Shown: piece by piece, positions 9,661 through 18,622 of the stretch | How positions within the stretch are numbered: the stretch's first letter is position 1 | How the letters are laid out: every line of letters starts with the position of its first letter | UHGV virus genome: UHGV-0270948 | DNA from: a virus | Direction: 5' to 3' (one strand) | Length of the DNA stretch: 35,456 bases | Position numbers and translations under genes: made by a program | Notes under the pieces: generated by a model | The model's input: the letters and a program-made list of their open reading frames with translations, nothing else | The model's database searches: none | Told to the model about the DNA's origin: nothing

Positions 9661-9689
9661 ATTATACGCATAATCATATCCGTTGTCAA
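9661..9689 (-). promoter_or_regulatory. Near-consensus sigma-70 promoter for hicAB copy 1 (TTGACA-17-TATAAT), flanked by ATACGTAT / TGCGTAT repeats
   Basis: Minus strand reads TTGACAacggatatgattatgcgTATAAT. The palindrome ATACGTAT lies just downstream and direct ATGCGTAT repeats just upstream. Confidence 0.5.
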
Positions 9690-9725
9690 TAGTAAATACG
9701 CATTTCATACGCATTTCTTTGAATC

Positions 9726-9752
9726 AAAAAACGCCCCGCAAATGCAGGACGT
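9726..9752 (-). terminator. Intrinsic terminator after the ArpU-like gene
   Basis: Minus transcript CGUCCUGC-auuu-GCGGGGCG (8 bp including two G.U pairs), followed by UUUUUUG. Confidence 0.5.
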
Positions 9753-9819
9753 CTTTACTTGGTTTATGCAAGAGTAGTGGGAAGAGCCGCAGGCGCTTTG
9801 CCTTTTGGCTCTAGTATTA

Positions 9820-10254
9820 TTATACATGTGCGTTTTGTGCTTTGTGTGCGTTTTCTAAATAATCATCAATTTTTCTACTTATGCGACTTCTGTCTAAATG
9901 CACTGCCTTAGCCACATCCTTTTGTCTGCGCCCATCTATGAAGCACATCCTGAAGATCCGCCTTGTAATGCTATCAGTTATCGCTTCCACCCATTCCTCT
10001 ATCTCCACACATTCCTGCTCCAGCTGCTCCTTCCGTCGCTGATCCCGACACTGAAGGCGATCATACTTCTCCTTGTCAAACCCTACCACGCCCTGTGGCA
10101 TGGGGTATCCCTTGCTGTAATCAAAGATTACGTCATTCCCGATCAACCCCTCATCTCTCCATCGGTTTTTGAGTATGTAATCCAGCTCCAGGATCTCATC
10201 CTTTTTACTCCGGTATCCCTGGAGCAGCTCCTTTGTTATCTCCACCCGCATCAC
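9820..10254 (-). CDS. ArpU/RinA-like late transcriptional regulator with a sigma-70 region-4-like HTH, 144 aa
   Basis: The C-terminus 'RRQKDVAKAVHLDRSRISRKI' is a region-4-type HTH. Size and position upstream of the terminase genes are typical for ArpU/RinA activators. Confidence 0.55.
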   Translation of the reverse strand: MMRVEITKELLQGYRSKKDEILELDYILKNRWRDEGLIGNDVIFDYSKGYPMPQGVVGFDKEKYDRLQCRDQRRKEQLEQECVEIEEWVEAITDSITRRIFRMCFIDGRRQKDVAKAVHLDRSRISRKIDDYLENAHKAQNAHV

Positions 10255-10411
10255 CCCTTAATCCACATCGTCTCTGTAAATATTCCCACGCTGTCTCCCT
10301 CCGGATCTGCTGCCCCTGCGCCCGGATCAGCGCGGCAGCGCTAGGTTCGTTTGTATTGCTCAATGTATCAGCTCCTACTCTACTTTCATAAATCTTCTCT
10401 AATACGTTCAT
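10205..10411 (-). CDS. Hypothetical protein, 68 aa
   Basis: ATG at 10411 with GGAGGG 8 nt upstream. Its 3' end overlaps the ArpU-like start by 50 nt. Confidence 0.4.
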   Translation of the reverse strand: MNVLEKIYESRVGADTLSNTNEPSAAALIRAQGQQIRRETAWEYLQRRCGLRGDAGGDNKGAAPGIPE

Positions 10412-10414
10412 TCA

Positions 10415-10765
10415 CTATCCCTCCACTTTGACACCATTTTTATACCATATTAAATCGAAATCTCCCGGCGGAAGATCTATTTCTAATGCTAACGAATACC
10501 TTGCTCCTGCACTTTCTCTCAATCGCATATTCCAATCAGGAAAATCATCATATTCATCGACCTTGCTTACCCCTATCATCCAGCACCCATTATTACATGA
10601 TGCTTTTGAATACTGACCCATAACCATAAGCCTTCCAAATTCTCCACAATCTACAATGCATTGGATTGGTTCAAGCGATGCGCAATTATCCACATCATCT
10701 CCGGTTAATCCATATTCCCCAAATGTATCATCGCTGTATCCTTCAAATCTTAATTTCCTCATCAC
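10415..10765 (-). CDS. Hypothetical protein, 116 aa
   Basis: GGAGGTGGAG RBS, Cys-rich, no recognisable motif. Confidence 0.45.
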   Translation of the reverse strand: MMRKLRFEGYSDDTFGEYGLTGDDVDNCASLEPIQCIVDCGEFGRLMVMGQYSKASCNNGCWMIGVSKVDEYDDFPDWNMRLRESAGARYSLALEIDLPPGDFDLIWYKNGVKVEG

Positions 10766-10900
10766 TCCACCTCCAACAGCTCTGGATTATCAAAAATATT
10801 TCCGTGATCCGTCTTTTCCCGCATCATGTAACCCTATTCTCATCTTTTCAAGAAGCCCGGTATACCCTTGCCCAGGCCTGAGGCTGGCTCCTTTCTTTTT

Positions 10901-11494
10901 TTACTCAGATAAAAACCACCATGTCTTTTGATTTTTACCGTATCCTGTCTGTGCTGTGTCTACACCGATATCTCTCTTTGCTTTATTGAGATCTGCTCTC
11001 TTGATTCCTGTAGCATCTGCCATCCTCAATACCTCCGCGCCATCGATCCGACCGCCTGCCAATGTCTCTTTCAAAAAACGGACTGCTTTGTCGTAATCGG
11101 TCATCTTTAGCACCTGTGCACACTCTTTAACATCTTCCTTTACTTTCTCAAGCTGAAGGGTATTTGCATGAACTTTACTCCAAATTTTCTCGATAAGCTC
11201 CCCGTGCTCTATAATAGCCTGATGGATTTCTCGCATTTCTTTGTGCAGGTTTTCCAGTATCTTGATTTCTCCCTGTGATCCAGTTGCTTCCTCCTGCTTG
11301 ATCAGACTCCCCTGTTCCAATCCGAGCAGCAGACACATAAGCCGTTCTACCTCCGCTGGCTGATCCGGATTCTTTTCCATCAAGCCGACGAAGTTCTTGT
11401 TCTTCGTCATGTCCCTAGATAGATCTGCTTTTGTCTTGCCCTGTTTTTCCAACTCTAGGCAGAGACGATTATAATCAATCGTTACTTTCTCCAT
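10901..11494 (-). CDS. HTH-containing protein, 197 aa
   Basis: N-terminal XRE-like HTH (GKTKADLSRDMTKNKNFVGLME) and a helical C-terminal half. Located in the replication region. Confidence 0.45.
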   Translation of the reverse strand: MEKVTIDYNRLCLELEKQGKTKADLSRDMTKNKNFVGLMEKNPDQPAEVERLMCLLLGLEQGSLIKQEEATGSQGEIKILENLHKEMREIHQAIIEHGELIEKIWSKVHANTLQLEKVKEDVKECAQVLKMTDYDKAVRFLKETLAGGRIDGAEVLRMADATGIKRADLNKAKRDIGVDTAQTGYGKNQKTWWFLSE

Positions 11495-11724
11495 TCTTTT
11501 GCTGTACCTCCATTCTCTCTCATGAGACGGTCTATAAGATCCACTGTAGCCGACACAATCTCTGTGGCGAACTGCGTCTTATCTGATCTCTCATATATAT
11601 CCTGCGCCCGCTCGTGCACTTTGAAACACTCAACAGGCGTTCCTGTCGCATCGCAGAACTCCCGGATTAGCTTCCAGGACTCTGCGATTGGAAAATAAAT
11701 CTTCCTAAGCTGCTCATCTGTCAT
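11482..11724 (-). CDS. Hypothetical protein, 80 aa
   Basis: ORF coupled to its neighbours by ATGA overlaps. Confidence 0.45.
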   Translation of the reverse strand: MTDEQLRKIYFPIAESWKLIREFCDATGTPVECFKVHERAQDIYERSDKTQFATEIVSATVDLIDRLMRENGGTAKEWRK

Positions 11725-12578
11725 CCGATCAGCTCACTTTCTAGGGCTTCAAAGTCATACTTCCTACGCTCGAAATTATTATTATCTTCCACTTTCCCTT
11801 TTGCTCTGCTGAAACTCTCCCTTTTCTTCTCAGTCCTATAAAAAGACTTCCATCCACTGGCTGTTGCCTTCTTCACGATGGCTATCCGCTCCTCTTCCTT
11901 ATCGCTCAAACTCAACAGATCATCCCTCAATGCCCGGATCTGCTCATCCGGAACATCTCCGTAATTGCTCTTGCGGACAGCAAGATAAATCTGAAAAGCA
12001 CGTTCCAGTTCCGGTGAAAATGCTATATTATCTATATTTTTATTTTCTTTTATTTCTATAGGATTTAATTCAGATGTTTTTCTATTTTTTTCTGAATTAA
12101 AATTATTTTCTTCTGAATTAATTCTATTTAAGGGTGCATTTAATAAAGGCTCCTCGTCCTTGGCTTTTCCAAGGAGCCAGTACTTGTCTGTATAGAGCTG
12201 TCTTTTCATGCGCTTTACTGCTATCTCGTAATAGCGACGCTGAATTCCAACAGAGGTGATGATGTTTTCCGTCATGAGGTCATCATCAATGAGACCTATC
12301 TCAGAGCAGAAGTGCACCACTTGCACGACAGCCTTTTGACTCTTCACCCACTTGTTCCCGATCATCTTTATGATCATTCTCGATAGCTTATCCAAGGGGA
12401 TCTCTGCGTAGTATCCGTGTTTGTATACGATGCAGAGTATACAGTCATACACGGTCACACCCAGTGGACCGTATCGATCCAGTAAGTCGAAGATCTTATC
12501 GTCTTCATAAAAATCTACCATTTTCGGAAAGTAAGCCAGGTCTTTTTTATTGGGAGCGCCACGTCCCATCAAGATCAC
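11721..12578 (-). CDS. Replisome organiser / DnaD-like replication initiation protein, 285 aa
   Basis: N-terminal phage-replisome-organiser-like region and a C-terminal DnaD-like segment (ERAFQIYLAVRKSNYGDV...GWKSFY) joined by an N/E-rich linker. Typical partner of RusA in Firmicutes phages. Confidence 0.55.
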   Translation of the reverse strand: MILMGRGAPNKKDLAYFPKMVDFYEDDKIFDLLDRYGPLGVTVYDCILCIVYKHGYYAEIPLDKLSRMIIKMIGNKWVKSQKAVVQVVHFCSEIGLIDDDLMTENIITSVGIQRRYYEIAVKRMKRQLYTDKYWLLGKAKDEEPLLNAPLNRINSEENNFNSEKNRKTSELNPIEIKENKNIDNIAFSPELERAFQIYLAVRKSNYGDVPDEQIRALRDDLLSLSDKEEERIAIVKKATASGWKSFYRTEKKRESFSRAKGKVEDNNNFERRKYDFEALESELIG

Positions 12579-13019
12579 CTACCTTCCATCCGTATATTCC
12601 TCAACTGTAATATCCAACCCTTCCACTGCGGAATAGGCTTTCTTCGCGATCGTGAATACGATCTGCGTATCATCGTGATATGCTGCTCCGTTCAGTGCAT
12701 CTGCAACAACCTTTACAATATTATCAATATCCGGCTTCTTCAATGGTGGAATATCCCCGGAGAGCATCTGCTGTTGGCGCTTTTTCGATGCACTCTTCGG
12801 CGGCTCAAACCTTGCTATGATCCGAAGCGTAACCGGCGTTTCCTTTTCAAATCGGATTCCATCGGATGCCTGCATATACATTGTCTTGATCAAATTCTCA
12901 TACAGCAGATCATTCTCTGGCGTATACGAAACACAATGCTTCAGATGAGCATTGTAAACAGTACGTGCCCTGGCTTTCCCTTGAGGTTTTCCTGGCACAT
13001 GAAATGTGACCGACCGCAT
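12579..13019 (-). CDS. rusA: RusA-family Holliday-junction resolvase
   Basis: 'GKPQGKARAR' near the N-terminus and the catalytic 'KPDIDNIVKVVADAL' motif, both characteristic of RusA. Confidence 0.75.
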   Translation of the reverse strand: MRSVTFHVPGKPQGKARARTVYNAHLKHCVSYTPENDLLYENLIKTMYMQASDGIRFEKETPVTLRIIARFEPPKSASKKRQQQMLSGDIPPLKKPDIDNIVKVVADALNGAAYHDDTQIVFTIAKKAYSAVEGLDITVEEYTDGR

Positions 13020-13124
13020 GGCCTCCTCCTTTCCTTGGTGCCGGAAACAAAAACCGGCACCGACGAGTCCATAATTTGCGAGTTACATGTGACATCTATC
13101 ATAATTCTTTAGGAGATAGCGCTA

Positions 13125-13865
13125 TTACGCGATGATCGTCAAATCTTCCTTGTATGCGCTCGGAAGTGCATGCTCAAAGTAATCCTTTATCTTAAGCATT
13201 GCTGCGTGTTTCCAAAGTCCGTTATCTGCCTCCACAAGCTTGAACATAGGAGCGCCATTTCCGTCATCCTTAACGCGGAATACATAAAGACTGGATGGTT
13301 GATCAATTTCGGCGAATGTCCTGTACGGAATTAGACTCACTGGGTTCGGCACCTGTACATCGACACGCTGTACGCCGGTCTTGATCGTTGTTTTCTGTGA
13401 AATTCCATCATCTGAATAATCTGCTGTTGTTCCCGCCTGAATATTCCCTGCAACCTGCATAATCAATTTCAGGTCATCGTTCTCCACAAAGTTCGCCTGC
13501 AGTTCAATTAAAAAGCGTTCCTGATCATAGTAATTATCAAATCTAAACTCGTTTATGATGGCATCACATATAAAAAGAGTCTCTCTCTGACGCTCTGGAA
13601 GAAGACCAGAGTATAATTCTACTTTTTTAGGACTTATGATATGTAAGATCATCTTCTCCCTAAGCTCTTCCTTCTTTCCAGTAATGTAATCTACCATCGC
13701 AGACAACGTGTTTACATGGATAGCTCTTGCCATATCTTCCATACCATATCTCTCAAGATCCTTGTTGCAATAGGTCTTGCCTGCAATCTCTGTTACAATC
13801 GGCTGCATACTCTCTTCTTTCAATTTATTCACATACTGCAATGCTTCTTTTAATCCTTCAAACAT
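13125..13865 (-). CDS. Hypothetical protein, 246 aa
   Basis: ORF in the recombination module, no recognisable motif. Confidence 0.45.
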   Translation of the reverse strand: MFEGLKEALQYVNKLKEESMQPIVTEIAGKTYCNKDLERYGMEDMARAIHVNTLSAMVDYITGKKEELREKMILHIISPKKVELYSGLLPERQRETLFICDAIINEFRFDNYYDQERFLIELQANFVENDDLKLIMQVAGNIQAGTTADYSDDGISQKTTIKTGVQRVDVQVPNPVSLIPYRTFAEIDQPSSLYVFRVKDDGNGAPMFKLVEADNGLWKHAAMLKIKDYFEHALPSAYKEDLTIIA

Positions 13866-13879
13866 CTTTCTTATCCTCC

Positions 13880-14323
13880 TTATGCTTCTCTTGCTTTTCT
13901 CAAATCTACTACATTATTTCCTGCCGACTCAATAATCTCTCCGGTCTCTGTATTGACGGTTCTGCTATCAACCTCATGCACCGGTACGGCCGGCTGTTGT
14001 ACTGCCACATCTTCCATAGACATTTGCCCTGGAATCTGATTTCCGATTTCTCCCACTTCGATTTCTCCGCTCTTCAGGTCTTTCCGGATGCCGAGAGCAG
14101 TCACAGCTCCAAGCGTCGGTGCCAGCGCAGACTTCGTTGTGATGCTGGTCGTAATAAAATCCCTCTGTTCGTTCGGCTTCATGGTGATTGTCACAGTAAT
14201 CTTCCGAGCTGTCTTCGCCTCTGTATTCGGATCCGCGATGTTTCTTGCCACCGCCTCCATCTCCCGATTGATCTGCTGGGTCAGCTCCCCGTTTGAGAAC
14301 TGCTCAATGTTAATGTGTTTCAT
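13880..14323 (-). CDS. Hypothetical protein, 147 aa
   Basis: ORF directly downstream of the HerA-like ATPase. T/S-rich central segment, no recognisable motif. Confidence 0.45.
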   Translation of the reverse strand: MKHINIEQFSNGELTQQINREMEAVARNIADPNTEAKTARKITVTITMKPNEQRDFITTSITTKSALAPTLGAVTALGIRKDLKSGEIEVGEIGNQIPGQMSMEDVAVQQPAVPVHEVDSRTVNTETGEIIESAGNNVVDLRKAREA

Positions 14324-14341
14324 AATGTTTGTCTCCTTTCT

Positions 14342-15958
14342 TTATACATTCATATATCTTTCGATCCCATGTGCCAGATCAGCTTTAGTTCCTTTCTTCC
14401 ATGCATCCCAAAAGTCGATGGTCCGCGACTGCGGTCTTTCTTTCGCAAGTTCAACCTTGATTTTGAGTGAGATTGGAACTGAGTCCCCAATGACTAAAAC
14501 CTCTCCGGGGCTGAACATGGTTGTGGAATCAATGATATTCTCATTTCCATCTGGCAGCATACCTTTAATCATCGCTTTATCGTTCTCATTATTTAGTTTT
14601 GATACAATAAAATTCGCGCATTGCGCCATAATGGTCTTATTCAATTCGGACGGCCGCTGGCTTGCAACAAAAAGCGTCATGCCAAACTTACGCCCCTCTT
14701 TCGCGATATTCTCAAAAATTTCTACCATGCGCCGCTCAGAAGCGGAGAGCTGAAAATTATTCGGTATATAAACATGAGCTTCATCGCATACCAATGTCAC
14801 AGGCTCGATCTCGTCATTTTTAAATGTCTGCTGTACCCCGTAGATTAATTTTGTTACTGCTCCGATAATCGCAATCGCAAGATCATGGGGAATATTGGAA
14901 AGGTCAATATTCTTTACCGACTTATCATTCCCCATAATCTTCTCAATTAGTTCAGTAAGGAAGCCCTGTTTCGCTTCCTGAAAAAGGAACGATAATCTGG
15001 CATCATTCTCTTTTGTTTCCAGCGTATTGATGATGTTATGTAGCTTTCCGTTATATTCACCTTTCACTTTCTTCTCCTGTCCTGCGCTTGCCCCGGTCTT
15101 GTAGAATTCACCAGTTGATACCTGCTCCTCATTCAGAATTTTCAAACCATCTATTAATTTCCTGTAACTAAAGAAAACAGGTTTTCCTTCATTTGCCTCT
15201 ACGCAAATCAAATTGTAAATTTTCCGCAAAGCCGACATGACTACTGTTGCACTCTCTTCTTTGATCTTCAGGATATTGGATACCATGTCTGAAAAACCAA
15301 ACATCCAGATAGGAAACGGAAAATCATCACCAAAGCAGATATTCTTTGCGTATGAAAGATTCCTGTACTCACCATGGATATCAAAGACAATGACATTTGC
15401 TCCTGGAAGCTTTCCTGTCTCTTCCAAGATCTTCGCCACAGTCTCTGATTTTCCCGATCCTGTATTTCCAACAATGCAGGCATGCCTCTGGAAAAATTTA
15501 TTGCCGTCCACCCATGCTGGGAAATGGTAAGAAACATAGTTGCCTATGCAAAAACCGCTTTCATTCGTATGGCCAATCATTGCTGAAAAGTCTTCCGGTT
15601 TAATCTCCCTTGCTGTTATATTGGTAGTAGGATACTGATCCAGTGCTTTACTGAATCTTCCTTCCCGCAGGCTTCCAATAATTGAACACTCTACAACTTT
15701 GATACTTGTTCCACTAAGAATAAAATCATCGTCTCCAATTGCCGCTTCCGCATCGTTATCTGTTACTGATGTCACCATTGTGATCAGTTCTACTGCTCCA
15801 TCCGATATTGCGATCAGGTCATTGATACGAACATTTTCAAACTCTTCCTGATCCGTCCGGATCCGCACTTTATCATTTAAAATCTTAATCAATTTCAATT
15901 CAATCCCTCCAGTAATTCGCTGTAATTTCTGATTTCTGCATGTTTTACACTCTTGCAA
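14342..15958 (-). CDS. HerA/FtsK-superfamily (DUF87-like) ATPase with an N-terminal HAS-barrel-like region
   Basis: Walker A 'GNTGSGKS', the HerA-type 'VFDIHGEY' motif and Walker B 'LVCDEAHVYIP'. An alternative TTG start at 15898 has GGAGGG 7 nt upstream and overlaps the exonuclease stop by 2 nt (518 aa). Confidence 0.7.
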   Translation of the reverse strand: MQECKTCRNQKLQRITGGIELKLIKILNDKVRIRTDQEEFENVRINDLIAISDGAVELITMVTSVTDNDAEAAIGDDDFILSGTSIKVVECSIIGSLREGRFSKALDQYPTTNITAREIKPEDFSAMIGHTNESGFCIGNYVSYHFPAWVDGNKFFQRHACIVGNTGSGKSETVAKILEETGKLPGANVIVFDIHGEYRNLSYAKNICFGDDFPFPIWMFGFSDMVSNILKIKEESATVVMSALRKIYNLICVEANEGKPVFFSYRKLIDGLKILNEEQVSTGEFYKTGASAGQEKKVKGEYNGKLHNIINTLETKENDARLSFLFQEAKQGFLTELIEKIMGNDKSVKNIDLSNIPHDLAIAIIGAVTKLIYGVQQTFKNDEIEPVTLVCDEAHVYIPNNFQLSASERRMVEIFENIAKEGRKFGMTLFVASQRPSELNKTIMAQCANFIVSKLNNENDKAMIKGMLPDGNENIIDSTTMFSPGEVLVIGDSVPISLKIKVELAKERPQSRTIDFWDAWKKGTKADLAHGIERYMNV

Positions 15959-16650
15959 TAATCACACACACCGCAGCGGGCAGGCGGCTCCTCTCCTGCT
16001 TTTACCCGCGCGTAATGATCGATGTTTTGTCTAATTTCCATAAGTGCCACATCAAGAACTGGCTGCGTGATCTGAAAGATATCCAGATCAACGACCTTCT
16101 CCTTTGTTGCAACCGCAAGATAAAAAGGGAGCAGCTCGCCAGTGACCAGCTGTACACCTTTCTGATAAACCGCCCCTTGCATGTCATATCGCCACAGTGG
16201 AAGGGTTCGGAACTTCTGCACTACTTTCAAATCAGTAATGCAGATCCCGGGAAGGTAGCTATCCATCTTCATCTTCCATAAATATCCAAACAGTTCAAAA
16301 GTCATAATCCTTTGCTTTTCTCCCGACATAAACCGCAGGAATGTATCGTCCTGCTTTATTCGTGCAATGATTTCGTTCGCTTTCTTAAATTCGCTGCGTA
16401 GCTCCTGCTTCTGCGTAAACACAGACGGATGCTCGTTTATAAATGAATCTAAAGTTCCTTCAAAATAGGAATCCACAAAAGAACCGGTCAGCATGGCACG
16501 TGTCATCGCGGGTTTGTATTCCCCGCGAATCTTTGCCATAGCCATAGCCTCGCATTTCATGAAATCCTTATATTGCGATACTGAAAAATACTGGCTGTCA
16601 GCTTCCACAGAATAATAATTATTCTGACTCAGCTTTATCTTTCTCTTCAT
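15895..16650 (-). CDS. PD-(D/E)XK Cas4/YqaJ-like exonuclease with a C-terminal Cys cluster
   Basis: Core 'MDSYLPGICITDLKVV' (D...D/E-x-K) plus C-terminal 'CGVCDYC' and an N-terminal Cys, the Cas4-like Fe-S arrangement. Paired with an upstream annealing-protein candidate. Confidence 0.65.
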   Translation of the reverse strand: MKRKIKLSQNNYYSVEADSQYFSVSQYKDFMKCEAMAMAKIRGEYKPAMTRAMLTGSFVDSYFEGTLDSFINEHPSVFTQKQELRSEFKKANEIIARIKQDDTFLRFMSGEKQRIMTFELFGYLWKMKMDSYLPGICITDLKVVQKFRTLPLWRYDMQGAVYQKGVQLVTGELLPFYLAVATKEKVVDLDIFQITQPVLDVALMEIRQNIDHYARVKAGEEPPARCGVCDYCKSVKHAEIRNYSELLEGLN

Positions 16651-17509
16651 CCTTCTTCACGCCTCTCTTTGACCCTTTCTTCCCATCACTCTCTGATTTT
16701 CCGGAAAATGGATCCTGCACCTCACTACCTGATTCACTGATTTCAGGAGACGGAAGATCAAAGTACTGTTCGCGGCTTGCCATTCCATCACGAAGCGAAC
16801 GATATACATTATTCAACCGAATCATATCATTCTCGCTAAACGCCTCGCACTTACATCCGATATACTTCTCGATCATCTCCTGGGTCACAGAAAATTTCTC
16901 CTCAAAAAGCCGGATTCCATCACGTACACGATCGATTAAGGGTTTATCACTCCCTAATACCAGCGTCTTCTGGCATTCTTTAACAGCTGCCTCAACAACA
17001 TCCCCAGGGATAATTCCGAGAATACATGACCTTAACCGGCGCGCCCCCTGATTTGCGACCATCTCGTAGATGTCGCGTGGATCAGTAAGCGGTGCATTAC
17101 CTTTTTTAGTGCTACGTACATGCGGAACACTGAAAATCTTTGTTTGTCTGGAGTTCGTTTCCAAATCCCACGCATAAGCCATAACCTGCGACTCCCCGTT
17201 TTTCTGTTCCAGTTCTGTGATTCCAAAATCAATATTTCCCCAGTTCTGTGCGATAGCCTCTGCCAACCGGATTGATGGTCCAGTAACCTTGCTTCCACCG
17301 CGCGGATATTCATACATTGCGCTTTCTGCAAGAGATTTTCTTTTACAAGACAGTAGTATCCTGTTAAATGCCTCAACTTCATCCCGTGGAAACCTCTTTG
17401 CAATCACCATAGCCGCCTGCACCTCCTGCGCCTGTCGGCTGATCATCATTTCTGTCTGTGTATTACGACTTACTATTCCGCCGTCCTGCTGCATTACAAC
17501 GTCATTCAT
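16619..17509 (-). CDS. Putative single-strand annealing protein (RecT/Redbeta/ERF class, family unresolved), 296 aa
   Basis: Sits immediately upstream of the exonuclease and overlaps it by 32 nt. Acidic and K-rich disordered C-terminal tail. RBS GGAGGAG. Confidence 0.45.
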   Translation of the reverse strand: MNDVVMQQDGGIVSRNTQTEMMISRQAQEVQAAMVIAKRFPRDEVEAFNRILLSCKRKSLAESAMYEYPRGGSKVTGPSIRLAEAIAQNWGNIDFGITELEQKNGESQVMAYAWDLETNSRQTKIFSVPHVRSTKKGNAPLTDPRDIYEMVANQGARRLRSCILGIIPGDVVEAAVKECQKTLVLGSDKPLIDRVRDGIRLFEEKFSVTQEMIEKYIGCKCEAFSENDMIRLNNVYRSLRDGMASREQYFDLPSPEISESGSEVQDPFSGKSESDGKKGSKRGVKKDEEKDKAESE

Positions 17510-17529
17510 CTTTTTTCTTCTCCTCCTAT

Positions 17530-17658
17530 TTAATTAATTACATATGTCAGATTTGTTCCCTTGATATGCTCCTCTGCCATTCTTACCGCCGCTTCGTAGC
17601 TTTCCGAGCAACAGGCAAGAGTTCCGTCAGAATATCGGATAATGTATACGCAGATCAT
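17530..17658 (-). CDS. Small protein, 42 aa from ATG (47 aa from the GTG at 17673)
   Basis: GGAGG sits 7 nt upstream of the GTG. CC pair in 'TLACCSESY'. Under 60 aa, so not in the track. Confidence 0.3.
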   Translation of the reverse strand: MICVYIIRYSDGTLACCSESYEAAVRMAEEHIKGTNLTYVIN

Positions 17659-17669
17659 TTTGAGTCTGC

Positions 17670-17879
17670 TCACGGATCATCCTCCTTTATCCAATTTCCG
17701 GAATAGAACCACTCTACGAGCGTAAGTGCCGCAAGATAAAAGTTTTCAGCTTCCCGGAAGATTTGCATTGCAACCTCCTGCTCTTCCTCCGTTCCGGAAT
17801 AGATGCGATCACATGCATATGAAAACGCATCTTCTTCGAGAACCCGTTTCCCTGATTCTTGTCCGATTCCTATGTACAT
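17670..17879 (-). CDS. Hypothetical early protein, 69 aa
   Basis: AAGGAGG RBS, acidic. Confidence 0.5.
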   Translation of the reverse strand: MYIGIGQESGKRVLEEDAFSYACDRIYSGTEEEQEVAMQIFREAENFYLAALTLVEWFYSGNWIKEDDP

Positions 17880-17943
17880 CTTTACCTCCTTGTGTTAATA
17901 TAAAACAGGTTGATTTTCTAAGCGTCCTAGAGGTTGCCGCCTC

Positions 17944-18162
17944 TTATGGGCGCTTTTTTATTCTGTAGACATCAAAGTCTTCTTGATTACCTATACTTCC
18001 CCATGATGTGGTCAGATCGTTTTTTGTAAGTACAACTGCGTTTACATAATCCTGATCGTATTTCAGACACCATTCTTCGAGCAGGTCTAGGATGCAGCTC
18101 ATTTCTTCTTTGGCGTCTTTCTTTATCTTTCTGTCCATTTCTTTGTGCATTTCTTCGTACAT
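17944..18162 (-). CDS. Hypothetical early protein, 72 aa
   Basis: AAGGAGG RBS. Confidence 0.5.
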   Translation of the reverse strand: MYEEMHKEMDRKIKKDAKEEMSCILDLLEEWCLKYDQDYVNAVVLTKNDLTTSWGSIGNQEDFDVYRIKKRP

Positions 18163-18178
18163 TTCTTTGTTCGCCTCC

Positions 18179-18403
18179 TTAGATCGGTCCTGCCTGCAAA
18201 ATGTAAATAATCACAGCCATCACCGCATTTAACATCATGCTTGCGACTGTTACCGCGATCAGTCCTCTTGCAGCGCTGTCTCTTTCTTTTCTTTTGCTCC
18301 GGATCTTTCGGCTCTCCTGCTTGTGATCCGCTTCCGGCAAGCTTCTCCGTTCGATCGGGATCAGTGCCAGCTCCGGCACTGCCGGTAATTTCATCTTTTC
18401 CAT
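18179..18403 (-). CDS. Small membrane protein, 74 aa with a C-terminal TM helix
   Basis: AAAGGAAGGA RBS. Basic central region and a hydrophobic C-terminus 'LIAVTVASMMLNAVMAVIIYIL'. Confidence 0.5.
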   Translation of the reverse strand: MEKMKLPAVPELALIPIERRSLPEADHKQESRKIRSKRKERDSAARGLIAVTVASMMLNAVMAVIIYILQAGPI

Positions 18404-18622
18404 GCTTGTCCTTCCTTTCTACCGCTTACGCGGTTTTCTCTATCGTATATTCAATTTCGGCTTTCTCCTGCTCTGCCAGAAGTCCGATCAGCACCTCCAT
18501 GATTTTTTCTATATTCACTTACACCACCTCTCTAAAGCTTATGAAACACTGTTTGTACTTGTTGCGTTGTCCTATGGTTCTTTGATATAATTTCCTCATC
18601 AAATGATAAAAGGAATGATTTT

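Noticed and set aside
10766-10900. GC-rich segment followed by a T-run (ctcctttcttttttt) as a plus-strand terminator.
   Set aside because: No convincing hairpin could be drawn, and no plus-strand gene ends there. It is more likely the promoter or UTR region of the minus-strand gene at 10415..10765.
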